This document shows, piece by piece, positions 9,801 through 19,547 of a stretch of 64,000 bases of DNA (position 1 is its first letter; every line of letters begins with the position of its first letter). The notes beneath the pieces were generated by a model. The model saw only the letters and a program-made list of their open reading frames with translations. It was not told the origin of the DNA and made no database searches. The stretch is from Bacteroidales bacterium UBA6267 (GTDB lineage: Bacteria; Bacteroidota; Bacteroidia; Bacteroidales; UBA1556). Where the stretch lies: NCBI GenBank assembly GCA_002440745.1, contig DJVB01000046.1, positions 14,593 to 78,592 on the forward strand. The letters are read 5' to 3'. The position numbers and the translations under genes are program-made.

Positions 9801-12800
9801 TGAAACTACGGATTTTGAATCAACTAATATCGAATACATTGAGTTTTGGCTGATGGATCCTTTCATCGATCCTGATGGCCCCGGAAGCCAACAACCTATT
9901 CAGTTTGGGGGAGATTTATATTTCAACCTTGGAGATATTTCCGAGGACATTTTGCGCGATGGTCGAAAATCGTATGAAAACGGACTCCCTACAACAGGAA
10001 CACCGACAAATGTGGATACTACCGTTTGGGGGCGTGTGCCAACACTTCAAGCCATCACCAATTCCTTCGACAACAACCCTTCATCCCGTCAATATCAGGA
10101 TGTTGGATACGACGGTTTAGACGACCAAGATGAACAAAGTTTTTATCAAACAGCCTATATCGACCGAATCATTAACCTCCATGGAACCGGCTCGCAGGCT
10201 TATGCAAATGCTGCTTCCGACCCATCGAACGACAATTTTCATTATTTCAGAGGCTCCGACTACGATAACGCACAACTTTCGATATTAGATCGTTACAAGA
10301 GATTTAACGATGTGCATGGGAACTCCCCAACTTCGGATCAAAGCCCTGAAAGTTACCCAACCGCTGGAACCACTTTGCCAAACGTTGAAGACATCAATCT
10401 CGACAATACGTTAAGTGAAGAAGAGCGCTATTTTCAGTATAAAATTGAATTACGCCCCAATAAAATGGTCTTGGGCGAAAACCATATTGCTGATATTTAC
10501 ACCGCTCCGGTAAATTTGAAAAATAACAGCACCGCACAAGTTAAATGGTATTATTTCCGTATTCCGGTGACCAATCCCGACCAAGTAGTAGGACAAATCA
10601 AAGATTTCAAATCCATTCGCTTTATGAGGATGTTTATGAAAGATTTCAGTGAAGAAACCGTGCTTCGTTTTGGAACCTTAGATTTGGTCAGGAATGAATG
10701 GCGCAAATACACTAACGAACTACTTGAGCCGGGCGAATATATTCCGGGGGATGGTATCAACGAAACCATTTTTGATGTTGCTAAGGTTAATATCGAAGAA
10801 AATGGCAAGCGGCTTCCGGTCAACTATGTGCTACCTCCTGGCATTGAAAGAGAAATAAACTATGCCTCAACCAATCTTCAAAAACTGAACGAGCAGTCGA
10901 TGGTACTCAAGGTGCTCAATTTGAATGATGGAGATGCCCGCGCCGCCTTTAAAACCACAGATTTTGATTTTCGCAGATATAAAAAGCTAAACATGTATGT
11001 TCATGCCGAGGCCGTAAATCAAGCTCAGCCACTAAACGATGGCGATATTCACCTTTTTATCCGTTTGGGAACCGACTTTACTGATAACTATTACGAATAC
11101 GACATTCCCCTAAAAGTCACCCCGTGGGGAGCAAACGACAGGGAATCCGTTTGGCCTGATGTGAATACAATCCGACTGACATTGCAAAAGCTTTTGGATG
11201 CCAAACTTGAGCGAAACGAGCGGATGCGCACCCAGACCAACGGAGCTATCTCACTTACAACGCCTTATAAAGTTTATGACGGAGATAGCGTGATTACCAT
11301 TAAAGGAACACCCACACTTAGTTCGGTGAAAACCATCATGATAGGTCTGAGAAATCCAAAATCGGATGGTGGCATAGGAGACGATGGACAGCCCAAGAGT
11401 GCTGAAATTTGGGTGAATGAATTGCGGGTTACCGACTTTGACGAAAACGGCGGATGGGCTGCTAATACCGTTATCGCTGCCGACTTAGCCGATTTAGGTA
11501 ATATCACCATAGCCGGAAATATTAGCACAGCCGGATTTGGAAGTATTGAACAGAAAGTCGCTGAACGCCAACAAGAAACCATTTATGGCTATGATGTGGC
11601 CACTAATTTAGAAATGGGGAAATTTTTCCCTGAAAAAACCGCCTTGAGAATTCCTGTACATTTCGACTATAGCGAACGTTTTGAAGTACCCGAGTTTAGC
11701 CCTTTGAATCCTGATATCAAATTCAGAGAAGATTTGGAAACTTATAAAACCAAGGAAGAGCGCGATTCCATAAAGGCGATTTCTGTAGATTATACTAGAC
11801 GCACATCCTTCAACATGATGAATGTGAAGAAGATGCGAATGGGTGCCACCGAAAAACCTAAGATTTACGATGTCGAAAACTTCGACTTCTCCTATTCCTA
11901 CGCGGCTCAATTTCATCGTAATATCGACATTGAGTACGACGACAAAAGGCAATATCGTGGAGCCATCGGATATAATTATGCAACCTCTCCAAAGAATTAC
12001 ACTCCATTTTCTAAGTCAAAATTCTTAAGAAAATACAGGTCTTTATCCATAATTCGGGATTTTAATTTCTATTTACTGCCCAAACAGCTTGGCTTCAGAA
12101 CCGACATCGACAGGATGTATAATGAGGTTTTGATGCGTAAGAAAACGGAATCGTTGATAATTATTGAGCCCAACTACGTTAAAACCTTTAGTTGGAACAG
12201 AAATTATGATTTTAGATATGATTTTAGCAAATCGCTCAAATTAGACTACCGTGCTGTGGTGATGGCAAGAGTGGATGAGCCCCCGGGAGTGGTCGATCGT
12301 GGATCGCCAACCTGGACATTATATCGGGATTCGGTGTATAAAAGTTTGGCAAATTTGGGCCGAGTAACATCATTTCGTCAGGATTATAATGTGAATTATA
12401 ACTTGCCGATAAACAAAATACCACTGCTTAACTGGGTTTCGGCAAATGCAAGATATAGCGGTGAATATCAGTGGTTAACAGCTCCCCTTTCGACTCCATA
12501 TCTTGGTAATAATGTGGAAAACTCGCAAAAGATCACCCTTAACGGAACTTTGAATCTTGTGACTTTGTATAACAAGTCGAAGTATTTGAAAAAGCTCAAT
12601 CAGCAAATGAGCGCCAACGGCAATCAGTTTCAAGGAGGCCGACTGAATTTGCCACCGAACGAAAACGATAAAAACCAAAAAGATACGACCAAAAACAAGG
12701 AAAGCATTGCCAAACTAATCCTCGACAACACGGTAAAGGTGCTTATGAGCGTTCGGAATGCAAGCATAAGTTATAGTGAAGCAAACGGTACAGCTTTGCC

Positions 12801-14115
12801 GGGCTTTATGCTCTCGCCGGATATTTTCGGAATGAATCTGAATAATCAAGCGCCGGGCTGGGATTATGTTTTTGGAGCACAAGTAAATTTGGCCGAACGC
12901 GCAGCGCGAAAGGGATGGATAAGTCAGAGTCAGCAACTGAACACGCCATTTATTCGTAAATCGAGCACCAATCTTTCCGGAAGGATTTCTGCTGAGCCGT
13001 TTAAAAGTCTGAAAATCGAGGTAAATTTCCTGAGAACCTATTCAAATATTACACAAGAATACTGGCGATATGATTCTCTTGCAAACGATTACGGTGTTTA
13101 TAGTCCAACTGAAAACGGTCAGTTTTCAATATCCTATCTCACTATGAAAACTGCGTTTGCAAAGGACGATAAAACCACCTGGCAAAATAAGAACTTTGAG
13201 AATTTTAAAGATTACCTGCTGATAATTGCCAATCGCTTAGCCGAGCAAAACGGCAACTGGACCGACAATCCTTTGCTTGTTATGGACTCCATAACCGGAA
13301 TTCTATACCCTGACGGATACACTGCCACCCAGCGTGACGTAATGTTGTATGCCTTTTTGGCTGCCTATTCCGGAGACGATCCAAAAAGTATGGCTTTGAC
13401 TCCTTTTCCCAAAATACCAAAACCAAATTGGCGCGTTACGTTTAACGGACTTACAAATATCGAATTTATCGGTCGCTTCTTTAAATCCATCAATATCAGT
13501 CATTCCTATCGTTCGACTTACTCCCTTTCAGGCTTTACAAGCAATATTTTGTACAAAGAAGACGAGGATGGTTTTGCCTATATCCGAGACGAGTTGAAAG
13601 TGAACTATTTACCGCAATACGATTTCAATATGGTCAGTATTTCCGAACAGTTTAGCCCACTTTTAGATTTGGACATGACTTGGGAAAACAGTTTGATTAC
13701 TAAGATTTCTTGGCGCAAAACCCGTAATTTAAGTCTTAGTTTCACGAATAATCAAATGACAGAAGTGAATAGTAACGAGTTGATTTTGGGAACCGGATTT
13801 CGCTTTAAGCAAGTGCCCCTCACCTTAAATCTGGGAGGAAATGCCCGCACATTCCGAAGTGATATTAATATAAAATTGGACATTTCGATACGTGAAAATA
13901 AAACTGTATTGCGCAAATTAGTGGAGCAAATCGACCAAATTTCTGCAGGTCAAAGAACCGTAAGCATCAACTTCTCCGCCGATTATCAGTTTAGCAAAAT
14001 GCTCACCTTCAGAGCTTTCTACGATCATGTGATTAATAATCCATTCGTATCGAACCAATATCCAAACTCCAACGTAAACGCCGGAATCAGCTTCAGATTC
14101 ACCTTAGCCCAATAA
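6841..14115 (+). CDS. sprA: T9SS translocon / cell surface protein SprA (Sov)
   Basis: 2424-aa ORF starting at a TTG 29 nt after ruvA. N-terminal signal anchor. The size and many conserved SprA blocks (e.g. 'GVSYIDDFDGS', 'RIAWYVIDP', 'YEREVFPN') match Bacteroidota SprA. Confidence 0.93.
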   Translation: MKVNIKNTTLLLTGVFFTIWVISSPKTSDSGKDFSQVPVYINPVDSPVPGDTLLFPIPKPDGNPNNKTGNSPLYLENPPGTENEVIYDPETGEYTFKNKYNPNPPYSMTMEEYIAWDLQNSVDKYWTDRVAQSGNSGAGSLIPSLHIGNKAFATIFGSNTIDIRPQGSVELIFGVTSSKREDPALDVKRQRVTNFDFQEKIQMNVRAKVGDKIDFGINYNTEASFDFDNQMKLAYEGDEDEILQLVEAGDINFPLNGTLITGSQTLFGLKTKWKFGKTTVSTVFSQQKSETKNITVAGGALTQEFYIKADEYEENKHFFISNYFRERYNEALSTLPAINSPINITKIEVWVTTVGAPIDQNRNIIALMDLGESEPFRDDVIYPSIMAGAPPSNKNNSLYTDLNQAYVRDINAVSSYLSSPPWTFVSGRDFEKVENARRLNQNEYTFNSKLGFISVNSRLNPDQVLAVAFQYTIVGSDSVYKVGEFSDEGIVAPKNLIVKLLKSTTINTNVPTWDLMMKNVYSINAYQVNSEDFRFDVVYESPEFGVPIGFLTEGAISGQPIIRALSLDRLNIQLDPTPDGVFDFIDGAATQGGTIQSNFGRIYFPVLEPFGEDLRKAIDPTNPESQLAYKYSYDSLYSTTKNIARQYPDKNRFAMEGRYKSSSGSEISLQAMNVPQGSVTVTAGGVPLRENVDYTVDYTLGRVKIINEGILSSGTPINISLESNNMFAIQTKTLLGAHVDYDFNPDLKLGATILNLTERPLTYKVNTGDEPISNTIWGLDGSYQKESVWLTKMIDKLPFIETKAPSRVSITGEFAHIIPGHPRALGKTGVSYIDDFDGSTSGIDMMNMGQWFLASTPRGQTNQNMFPEGGFLFDTIATGFNRARIAWYVIDPLFLRNNTITPDHIKNDPDQQSNHYVREIYEREVFPNKEQNGNVPTVLSVLNLAYYPSERGPYNFDVEGGSFSAGINADGSLKDPDTRWGGVMRKVETTDFESTNIEYIEFWLMDPFIDPDGPGSQQPIQFGGDLYFNLGDISEDILRDGRKSYENGLPTTGTPTNVDTTVWGRVPTLQAITNSFDNNPSSRQYQDVGYDGLDDQDEQSFYQTAYIDRIINLHGTGSQAYANAASDPSNDNFHYFRGSDYDNAQLSILDRYKRFNDVHGNSPTSDQSPESYPTAGTTLPNVEDINLDNTLSEEERYFQYKIELRPNKMVLGENHIADIYTAPVNLKNNSTAQVKWYYFRIPVTNPDQVVGQIKDFKSIRFMRMFMKDFSEETVLRFGTLDLVRNEWRKYTNELLEPGEYIPGDGINETIFDVAKVNIEENGKRLPVNYVLPPGIEREINYASTNLQKLNEQSMVLKVLNLNDGDARAAFKTTDFDFRRYKKLNMYVHAEAVNQAQPLNDGDIHLFIRLGTDFTDNYYEYDIPLKVTPWGANDRESVWPDVNTIRLTLQKLLDAKLERNERMRTQTNGAISLTTPYKVYDGDSVITIKGTPTLSSVKTIMIGLRNPKSDGGIGDDGQPKSAEIWVNELRVTDFDENGGWAANTVIAADLADLGNITIAGNISTAGFGSIEQKVAERQQETIYGYDVATNLEMGKFFPEKTALRIPVHFDYSERFEVPEFSPLNPDIKFREDLETYKTKEERDSIKAISVDYTRRTSFNMMNVKKMRMGATEKPKIYDVENFDFSYSYAAQFHRNIDIEYDDKRQYRGAIGYNYATSPKNYTPFSKSKFLRKYRSLSIIRDFNFYLLPKQLGFRTDIDRMYNEVLMRKKTESLIIIEPNYVKTFSWNRNYDFRYDFSKSLKLDYRAVVMARVDEPPGVVDRGSPTWTLYRDSVYKSLANLGRVTSFRQDYNVNYNLPINKIPLLNWVSANARYSGEYQWLTAPLSTPYLGNNVENSQKITLNGTLNLVTLYNKSKYLKKLNQQMSANGNQFQGGRLNLPPNENDKNQKDTTKNKESIAKLILDNTVKVLMSVRNASISYSEANGTALPGFMLSPDIFGMNLNNQAPGWDYVFGAQVNLAERAARKGWISQSQQLNTPFIRKSSTNLSGRISAEPFKSLKIEVNFLRTYSNITQEYWRYDSLANDYGVYSPTENGQFSISYLTMKTAFAKDDKTTWQNKNFENFKDYLLIIANRLAEQNGNWTDNPLLVMDSITGILYPDGYTATQRDVMLYAFLAAYSGDDPKSMALTPFPKIPKPNWRVTFNGLTNIEFIGRFFKSINISHSYRSTYSLSGFTSNILYKEDEDGFAYIRDELKVNYLPQYDFNMVSISEQFSPLLDLDMTWENSLITKISWRKTRNLSLSFTNNQMTEVNSNELILGTGFRFKQVPLTLNLGGNARTFRSDINIKLDISIRENKTVLRKLVEQIDQISAGQRTVSINFSADYQFSKMLTFRAFYDHVINNPFVSNQYPNSNVNAGISFRFTLAQ

Positions 14116-14390
14116 AATTATTTTCGTAAAAGGAAATTCCACACCCGGAAAAGGCTTCTACCCACGCGAACTTTATGACCCATAAAGAACCGAACGAAGT
14201 AATAGAAAGAAAAGTGTTTTGGAAGAAGTGAAGTAAAAGCATTTCAAAAAAACATCATCCCCCTTAAAATAAAATGCTGTCAAGGAAATATGATTTTGCG
14301 CCAAAGAGAATTCAATAGTGAAAGCTCCCGGAGAGAATTGCCCCTTCTTCCTTCTCAACAAAACCTCCATTTCCCGAAGAAATTCCCCCC

Positions 14391-14425
14391 AATAAAAAAA
14401 GGCTGTCAAGGAATGACAACCTTTA
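14391..14425 (-). terminator. rho-independent terminator of tig
   Basis: The minus-strand RNA would read aaagguugucauuccuugacagccuuuuuuuauu. This is a 9-bp stem (one G-U pair), a 5-nt loop and a U7 tract, about 30 nt after the tig stop. Confidence 0.7.
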
Positions 14426-14456
14426 AGTAATATATTTGAGTAATTGAGGTTTAGCT

Positions 14457-15836
14457 CTATTTTGAAGCCTTGGCTACATTTTTATCGGCAACCATCTTCA
14501 CGAAATCTTCATAGTTGATGCTATGCTCTTTAATTGCAGCTTTTTCTAAGAAGAGATTTCTAATTTTCGATTCGCTGATTTGATTTGCGATTCGGTTTAC
14601 TTCATCTTTGTTCTGCATCACCGATTCGGTCACTTGATCCACAATTGCTTGCATTTGTTCGTCAGGTTGTGAGCCAAAACCAAGCAATTCGCTAACTTTA
14701 GATTTGATTTCTTCCATAGTCACTTTCAGGCCATACTTCTCAGAAATATATTCCTCAATAATCTGCCATTTCAACGTGTCGCGATAGCTATCATATTGTT
14801 CTTCAATGATTTCTGGTGTCAGGCGTTCATCATCTTTCTCGTGACGATTGTTTTCGATCAACCAGCGCTTCAAAAACTCATCCGGCAAACTGAGATTAGA
14901 TTTTTCTACGAGCATGTCAACAATATCATTCATAAACTGATTCTGACCTTCATTCAAATAAGTTTGAGTGACATCTCTCAAAATACGCTCACGCAATTCT
15001 TCCTCAGTTTGAATATTGTCGTGCTCATACACTTTATTGAAAAGCTCCTCATTGAGCTCAGCCAATTCAAAATGATTGATTCGGGCAAGAGTGAATTTCA
15101 CATCTGATTTAAACTCCTTCACTTCCGACATGCCGATACCAAGCAGTTGCATCACTTCAACATCGCTTTTGAAGGTTTTTGCAGGGTTAAATACCAAGCT
15201 TTCGCCAACGCTAAGTTTCATAAAATCAGCCTTAACGCCCTTCAGTTTAATATAATCGGTATTGATAGCTGTTTGTTCCTTTTTAATGCCGTTTTCGATT
15301 GGATTACCGTCCTTATCCACTTCCTCCAAACTTCCATAAATAACGTCACCTTCACTGATTTTCTCCGCTTCGGTTTGCTTACCAAGACGGCGGCGCATGT
15401 CGGTTAAATATTTATCCACATCATTTTCTGCAATCTCGATTTTGTAGAAATCTAACTTCATTTTGTTGTCGATTTCCAAATCGATGTCGGGCTTCAAACC
15501 AATTTCATAGTTGAAAGTAAAATCTTTCTGTGTTTTGAAATTAATATCATCACCAACTACCGGAAGAGGTTGACCCAAGGTGTTAAACTTCTGATCTTCA
15601 ATGTATTTATTGAGTTCATCACTTAAAAGTTTATAAACTGTGTCGGCTAAAAGTGCTTCGCCATACATTTTGCGAATCATACCTTCAGGTACGTGTCCGG
15701 CGCGGAAACCCGGAATATTGGCTTTTTTACGATAATCTTTGAGAACTTTCGAAACTTCCTGTTGATAATCTGATTCCACAATTTTAATGGTAATATTAGC
15801 GGTCAGGTTTTCGTTTTGAATATGATTTACTTCCAT
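14457..15836 (-). CDS. tig: trigger factor
   Basis: The ORF track extends to 15896, but the conserved N-terminus starts at the ATG at 15836 (MEVNHIQNENLTANITIKIVESDY...). 'FRAGHVPEGMIRKMYG' is the ribosome-binding signature region. The PPIase-like middle and helical C-terminus fit trigger factor. Confidence 0.9.
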   Translation of the reverse strand: MEVNHIQNENLTANITIKIVESDYQQEVSKVLKDYRKKANIPGFRAGHVPEGMIRKMYGEALLADTVYKLLSDELNKYIEDQKFNTLGQPLPVVGDDINFKTQKDFTFNYEIGLKPDIDLEIDNKMKLDFYKIEIAENDVDKYLTDMRRRLGKQTEAEKISEGDVIYGSLEEVDKDGNPIENGIKKEQTAINTDYIKLKGVKADFMKLSVGESLVFNPAKTFKSDVEVMQLLGIGMSEVKEFKSDVKFTLARINHFELAELNEELFNKVYEHDNIQTEEELRERILRDVTQTYLNEGQNQFMNDIVDMLVEKSNLSLPDEFLKRWLIENNRHEKDDERLTPEIIEEQYDSYRDTLKWQIIEEYISEKYGLKVTMEEIKSKVSELLGFGSQPDEQMQAIVDQVTESVMQNKDEVNRIANQISESKIRNLFLEKAAIKEHSINYEDFVKMVADKNVAKASK

Positions 15837-15929
15837 AGTTAAAACATTGAATTGCGGGAATAGGTAAAATCCCGATGGTAAAATTAGTACTTTCAAAAAA
15901 CAAAAGCACCCCTAAAAGGGATGCCATTG

Positions 15930-16011
15930 TGCGGATGAAGGGACTCGAACCCCCACGCCTCTCGGCACCAGATCCTAAGTCTGGCGCGGCTACCAATTAC
16001 GCCACATCCGC
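15930..16011 (-). tRNA. tRNA-Leu (anticodon TAG)
   Basis: The reverse complement folds by hand. Acceptor GCGGATG/CATCCGC+A, D arm GCG-TAATTGGTAGC-CGC, anticodon stem CCAGA/TCTGG with loop CTTAGGA (anticodon TAG). Long variable arm GCC-GAGA-GGC, and T loop TTCGAGT. No encoded CCA. Confidence 0.9.
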
Positions 16012-16176
16012 ATAGAACGTCCTGAAAAACAGGGCTGCAAATATACAAATTTTCCATATTCTGCGACTTTTATTTTATTCTCTGAAAAATATTGCACTAC
16101 CGCTCGAAATATTGTAAAAACCTTAGCACAACGCCATCTTTTCCTTTATTTTGCAAATTGAAATAAACGATAAATT

Positions 16177-16740
16177 ATGAAGTTTTTATACGCGGGATTG
16201 GGCAATGTTGGAAGCGAGTACGAGTTTACACGCCATAATATCGGGTTTGAAGCTGCCGATGCTTTTGCCCGCGACATTGAAGCCAAATTCAGTTTAGACC
16301 GCCATGCTTTTGTTGCACGAGGACGTTTTGCAGGAAAAGATATAATAATCATAAAACCAACAACTTATATGAACCTCAGCGGCAAAGCAGTGCGTTATTG
16401 GCTCGAAACAGAAAAGATACCCATCGAAAATATGATGGTGATTCTTGATGATATTGCCCTTCCCTTCGGGAAAATTCGCATCCGTAAAAAAGGGGGAGAC
16501 GGCAATCATAACGGACTCACCGACATCATCAAATTACTTGGCAGGAATGATTTTGCAAGAATGCGTTTTGGCATAGGAAACGATTTTCCTCGTGGCTACC
16601 AGTCGGAATATGTGCTGGGCCGATGGGATTCAAACGAAGCATCGCAAATTCCTGAGCTAATGGATTCTACGGTTGAAATTATGAAAAGCTTTATGAAATC
16701 GGGAATTGATATGACGATGAATAAATTTAATTCGCGCTAA
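16177..16740 (+). CDS. pth: peptidyl-tRNA hydrolase
   Basis: 187 aa. 'GLGNVGSEYEFTRHNIGF' and 'GGDGNHNGL' are canonical Pth motifs. Confidence 0.95.
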   Translation: MKFLYAGLGNVGSEYEFTRHNIGFEAADAFARDIEAKFSLDRHAFVARGRFAGKDIIIIKPTTYMNLSGKAVRYWLETEKIPIENMMVILDDIALPFGKIRIRKKGGDGNHNGLTDIIKLLGRNDFARMRFGIGNDFPRGYQSEYVLGRWDSNEASQIPELMDSTVEIMKSFMKSGIDMTMNKFNSR

Positions 16741-17822
16741 TCTATTAATCCGCATTCGATCAAATAATCCTTCACAAGTTGGGGCATTGCGAAATTCTTA
16801 ATCGCCTCAATATCAGTAACCAAATAATTATTCACATTCCCATAGAGCTCCGTTTTTTCCTCCACAATAGCTTGCTGTAAATCGTTTATTTCAAAATGAT
16901 AAAACCGAGCTATAATTTTCTGATGTGACAATTTATGTATAATCTCAATACTGGTTTTTATTAGAGAAATAGAACTAAAATTGAGAATGTTAGCAAATTG
17001 CATTGGGGAAAAATTCAGATTTTGTTCTTCAGAAGTTTCAATCAAAGGAAGCTGATATAAATTTTTCCAGATGTCCTTTTCTTCACGCTTCGATAAAATA
17101 ATCTGATTCCTAAGCTTCAGTATGCCGAAGTGAAAATATCGATTTCTGAGGGCTTTTTTTTGTGGGGTGACAGGTAACTCATCCACCAGATTATTCTTAA
17201 AAGCAAAGCAATATTCCAATACAGGGCATTGATTGCAGAGGGCTTGGCGGGGTTTACAAACCAAACTGCCAAAATCCATCATAGCTTGATTGAAAATATG
17301 AGGAGGAGCATTTTCGATAAGTTCATCTGCAATTCGCTGAATATCTGACTGAAAACCGGATGAGTTTTTAGATTTCTTCACACCGAAAATCCTGCTTATA
17401 ATTCGATTGAAATTACCATCGACAGCCGGTGCAGATTTTTGAAAAGCAAATGAAGAAATTGCCGCAGCGGTATATGGGCCGATGCCAGGCAAACGTCTCA
17501 AATCTTCAACAGATTCTGGGAATATTCCATCAAAATCCTTGACAATTTTTCGTGCACAGGCGAGCATATTTCGTGCGCGTGAGTAGTAACCCAAGCCCTG
17601 CCAAAGAAGCAAAACCTCATCTTCGGAGGCATTGGCCAACTGCTGAATATTCTCAAAACGCTGAGCGAATTTGTGAAAATAAGGCATTCCCTGTTCCACT
17701 TTAGTTTGCTGCAAGATGATTTCACTTAGCCAAATTTTAAAAGGATCTTTAGTTTGCCTCCAGGGTAAATCTCTTGCATTTTGTTTATACCAAGATAGAA
17801 CAGCAGCGGTAATAGGATTCAT
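16737..17822 (-). CDS. mutY: A/G-specific adenine DNA glycosylase
   Basis: 361 aa. 'LPWRQTKDPFKIWLSEIILQQT', HhH-GPD 'LPGIGPYTAAAI', and 4Fe-4S cluster loop 'CKPRQALCNQCPVLEYC'. C-terminal NUDIX-like domain. Confidence 0.9.
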   Translation of the reverse strand: MNPITAAVLSWYKQNARDLPWRQTKDPFKIWLSEIILQQTKVEQGMPYFHKFAQRFENIQQLANASEDEVLLLWQGLGYYSRARNMLACARKIVKDFDGIFPESVEDLRRLPGIGPYTAAAISSFAFQKSAPAVDGNFNRIISRIFGVKKSKNSSGFQSDIQRIADELIENAPPHIFNQAMMDFGSLVCKPRQALCNQCPVLEYCFAFKNNLVDELPVTPQKKALRNRYFHFGILKLRNQIILSKREEKDIWKNLYQLPLIETSEEQNLNFSPMQFANILNFSSISLIKTSIEIIHKLSHQKIIARFYHFEINDLQQAIVEEKTELYGNVNNYLVTDIEAIKNFAMPQLVKDYLIECGLID

Positions 17823-17835
17823 ACAAAATTTTATA

Positions 17836-19254
17836 CTAAACCTTCAGTGTTTCGCCTTCACTTTTAGCAATTGTGACGGCGCCACAGGTATCGCTCCAAA
17901 CGTTTACAGAAGTGCGGAACATATCCAAAATACGGTCAACGGAAAGGATAAGACCCACGCCTTCGAGTGGCAAACCAACCGTAGCAAGGATTACAGAAAT
18001 CATCACAAAACCGGCCATAGGAATAGCAGCAGCTCCAATAGAAGTTAGTAATGCCGTAACGACAATCAAAATTTGTTGTGTGATGGATAAATCGATGCCA
18101 TAAGCTTGGGCAATAAAAATAGCAGCCACACATTCGTAAAGCGCCGTACCGTCCATATTGATGGTAGCACCGAGAGGCAGCGTAAAACTGGTAATCTTAT
18201 TTGAAACTCCTGAATTTTTCTCTACATCGTTCATTGTCAATGGAAGAGTTGCTCCCGAACTGGAAGTAGAAAAAGCCGTTAAGAGAGGTGTGGTAACAGC
18301 ACGAAAATGCTTAATAGGATTAACCTTTGCGATAAATTTTAGAATAAAGGGTAAAGTGATTCCGGCGTGGAAAGCAAGAGCAAGAATAACGGTGAGCATG
18401 TATATGCCCATGGAACTGGCTAATTTGCCCAGATCATCAACATCGGCGATGGTTTTTGCCACAATACCAAATACACCAAGCGGAGTAAAACGGATAATCC
18501 ATAGCGTCATTTTCATCATCACATCGAAGAACGAATTGAAAAAGTCTTTAAGCAATTCTTGAGGTTTATGGCCAATTTGGGTGATAAAAAACCCAAAAAT
18601 CACAGCAAAGAAAATCACCGGCAGCATGTCGCCATTGGCCATGGAACTAACAATATTGGTGGGAATAATTTCTAACAAAGTCTGGCCAAAGTCGTTGGAA
18701 GTTTTGATAAACTCATCTGCAGGCTCGATGAAATTTGTGTCGGCACCTACACCCGGACGCAGCAAATTTACCATAAATAAACCTGTGACGATAGCAAAGA
18801 AACTGGTAAAAATATAATAGGACAAGGTTTTCAAACCAAGTTTGCCGAGACTGTCGCCGCTTCCAATATTGGTCATGCCGCTAATTATTGAACTCAGAAT
18901 CAGAGGGATAATTAGCATCTTGAGGGCACGCATAAAAATTGTTCCCATCCAACTGACATAGCTGATAGGAGTATTGTTATATGCCGCTTTAACAATGACA
19001 GAGCGGTTTTTCTTCATTATTTCTTCAGGAATCACCTTTGCAATCGCTTGATCGAAGGACTTCCGTGTGGTAAACTTTTGGTCCTTTAAAGAATGAAGAG
19101 ATTCCACTATAATAGCTTCAGTTTTTTGATTTTTCAAATACTTAAAAGCATCATCATCAAGGACATAACTTGTTGGAAAAACGATTCCGTAAACTATGGA
19201 AAGAATGAGAGCAATTAAGATTTGCCAATGTAACGCAATTTTTCTCATGGGCAT
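17836..19254 (-). CDS. dicarboxylate/amino acid:cation symporter (DAACS family)
   Basis: 472 aa, polytopic membrane protein. Motifs 'AFSTSSSGATLP' and 'NMDGTALYE' are typical of GltP/SLC1-type symporters. The start could be M1 (19254) or M3 (19248). Confidence 0.9.
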   Translation of the reverse strand: MPMRKIALHWQILIALILSIVYGIVFPTSYVLDDDAFKYLKNQKTEAIIVESLHSLKDQKFTTRKSFDQAIAKVIPEEIMKKNRSVIVKAAYNNTPISYVSWMGTIFMRALKMLIIPLILSSIISGMTNIGSGDSLGKLGLKTLSYYIFTSFFAIVTGLFMVNLLRPGVGADTNFIEPADEFIKTSNDFGQTLLEIIPTNIVSSMANGDMLPVIFFAVIFGFFITQIGHKPQELLKDFFNSFFDVMMKMTLWIIRFTPLGVFGIVAKTIADVDDLGKLASSMGIYMLTVILALAFHAGITLPFILKFIAKVNPIKHFRAVTTPLLTAFSTSSSGATLPLTMNDVEKNSGVSNKITSFTLPLGATINMDGTALYECVAAIFIAQAYGIDLSITQQILIVVTALLTSIGAAAIPMAGFVMISVILATVGLPLEGVGLILSVDRILDMFRTSVNVWSDTCGAVTIAKSEGETLKV

Positions 19255-19475
19255 TTAAGTTTCAGGCCGTAAAATTAAAAATCATATCCATTGGTCAAAG
19301 AATTATTTTCATCTGTTTATTTTTAATTGTTTAACGCTAAGGTCAGATGGAATCACATGATTAAAATAATCATTACAGTGAGTCTTTAATAATTATTTTA
19401 ATCATGCTTATTTCAGTTTGAGAAGATTCTCTTTTTCGTCAAAAACAGCAATTGCTATTGTTAATGAATTATCAC

Positions 19476-19483
19476 TAAATTTG
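19476..19483 (+). promoter_or_regulatory. Bacteroidota -7 promoter box (TAAATTTG) upstream of the ECF sigma gene
   Basis: 'taaatttg' lies about 65 nt upstream of the ATG at 19548. Confidence 0.4.
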
Positions 19484-19547
19484 CCATCGCTTTGTAACAA
19501 ATCAAACAGAGCACCGTCACAACACTTTACAAATGACCTTAAATTGA

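Noticed and set aside
14173-14409. 78-aa minus-strand ORF between sprA and tig, and the duplicated 'gctgtcaaggaa' box (14276 and 14402)
   Set aside because: The ORF would begin inside the tig terminator hairpin and has an odd composition. The second box is simply the left arm of that terminator, and the first looks like a decayed duplicate. There is not enough evidence to call a feature.
17716-18817. Plus-strand ORFs of 76-134 aa (17716..18048, 18158..18562, 18581..18817)
   Set aside because: All are antisense to the DAACS symporter gene. These are shadow ORFs.
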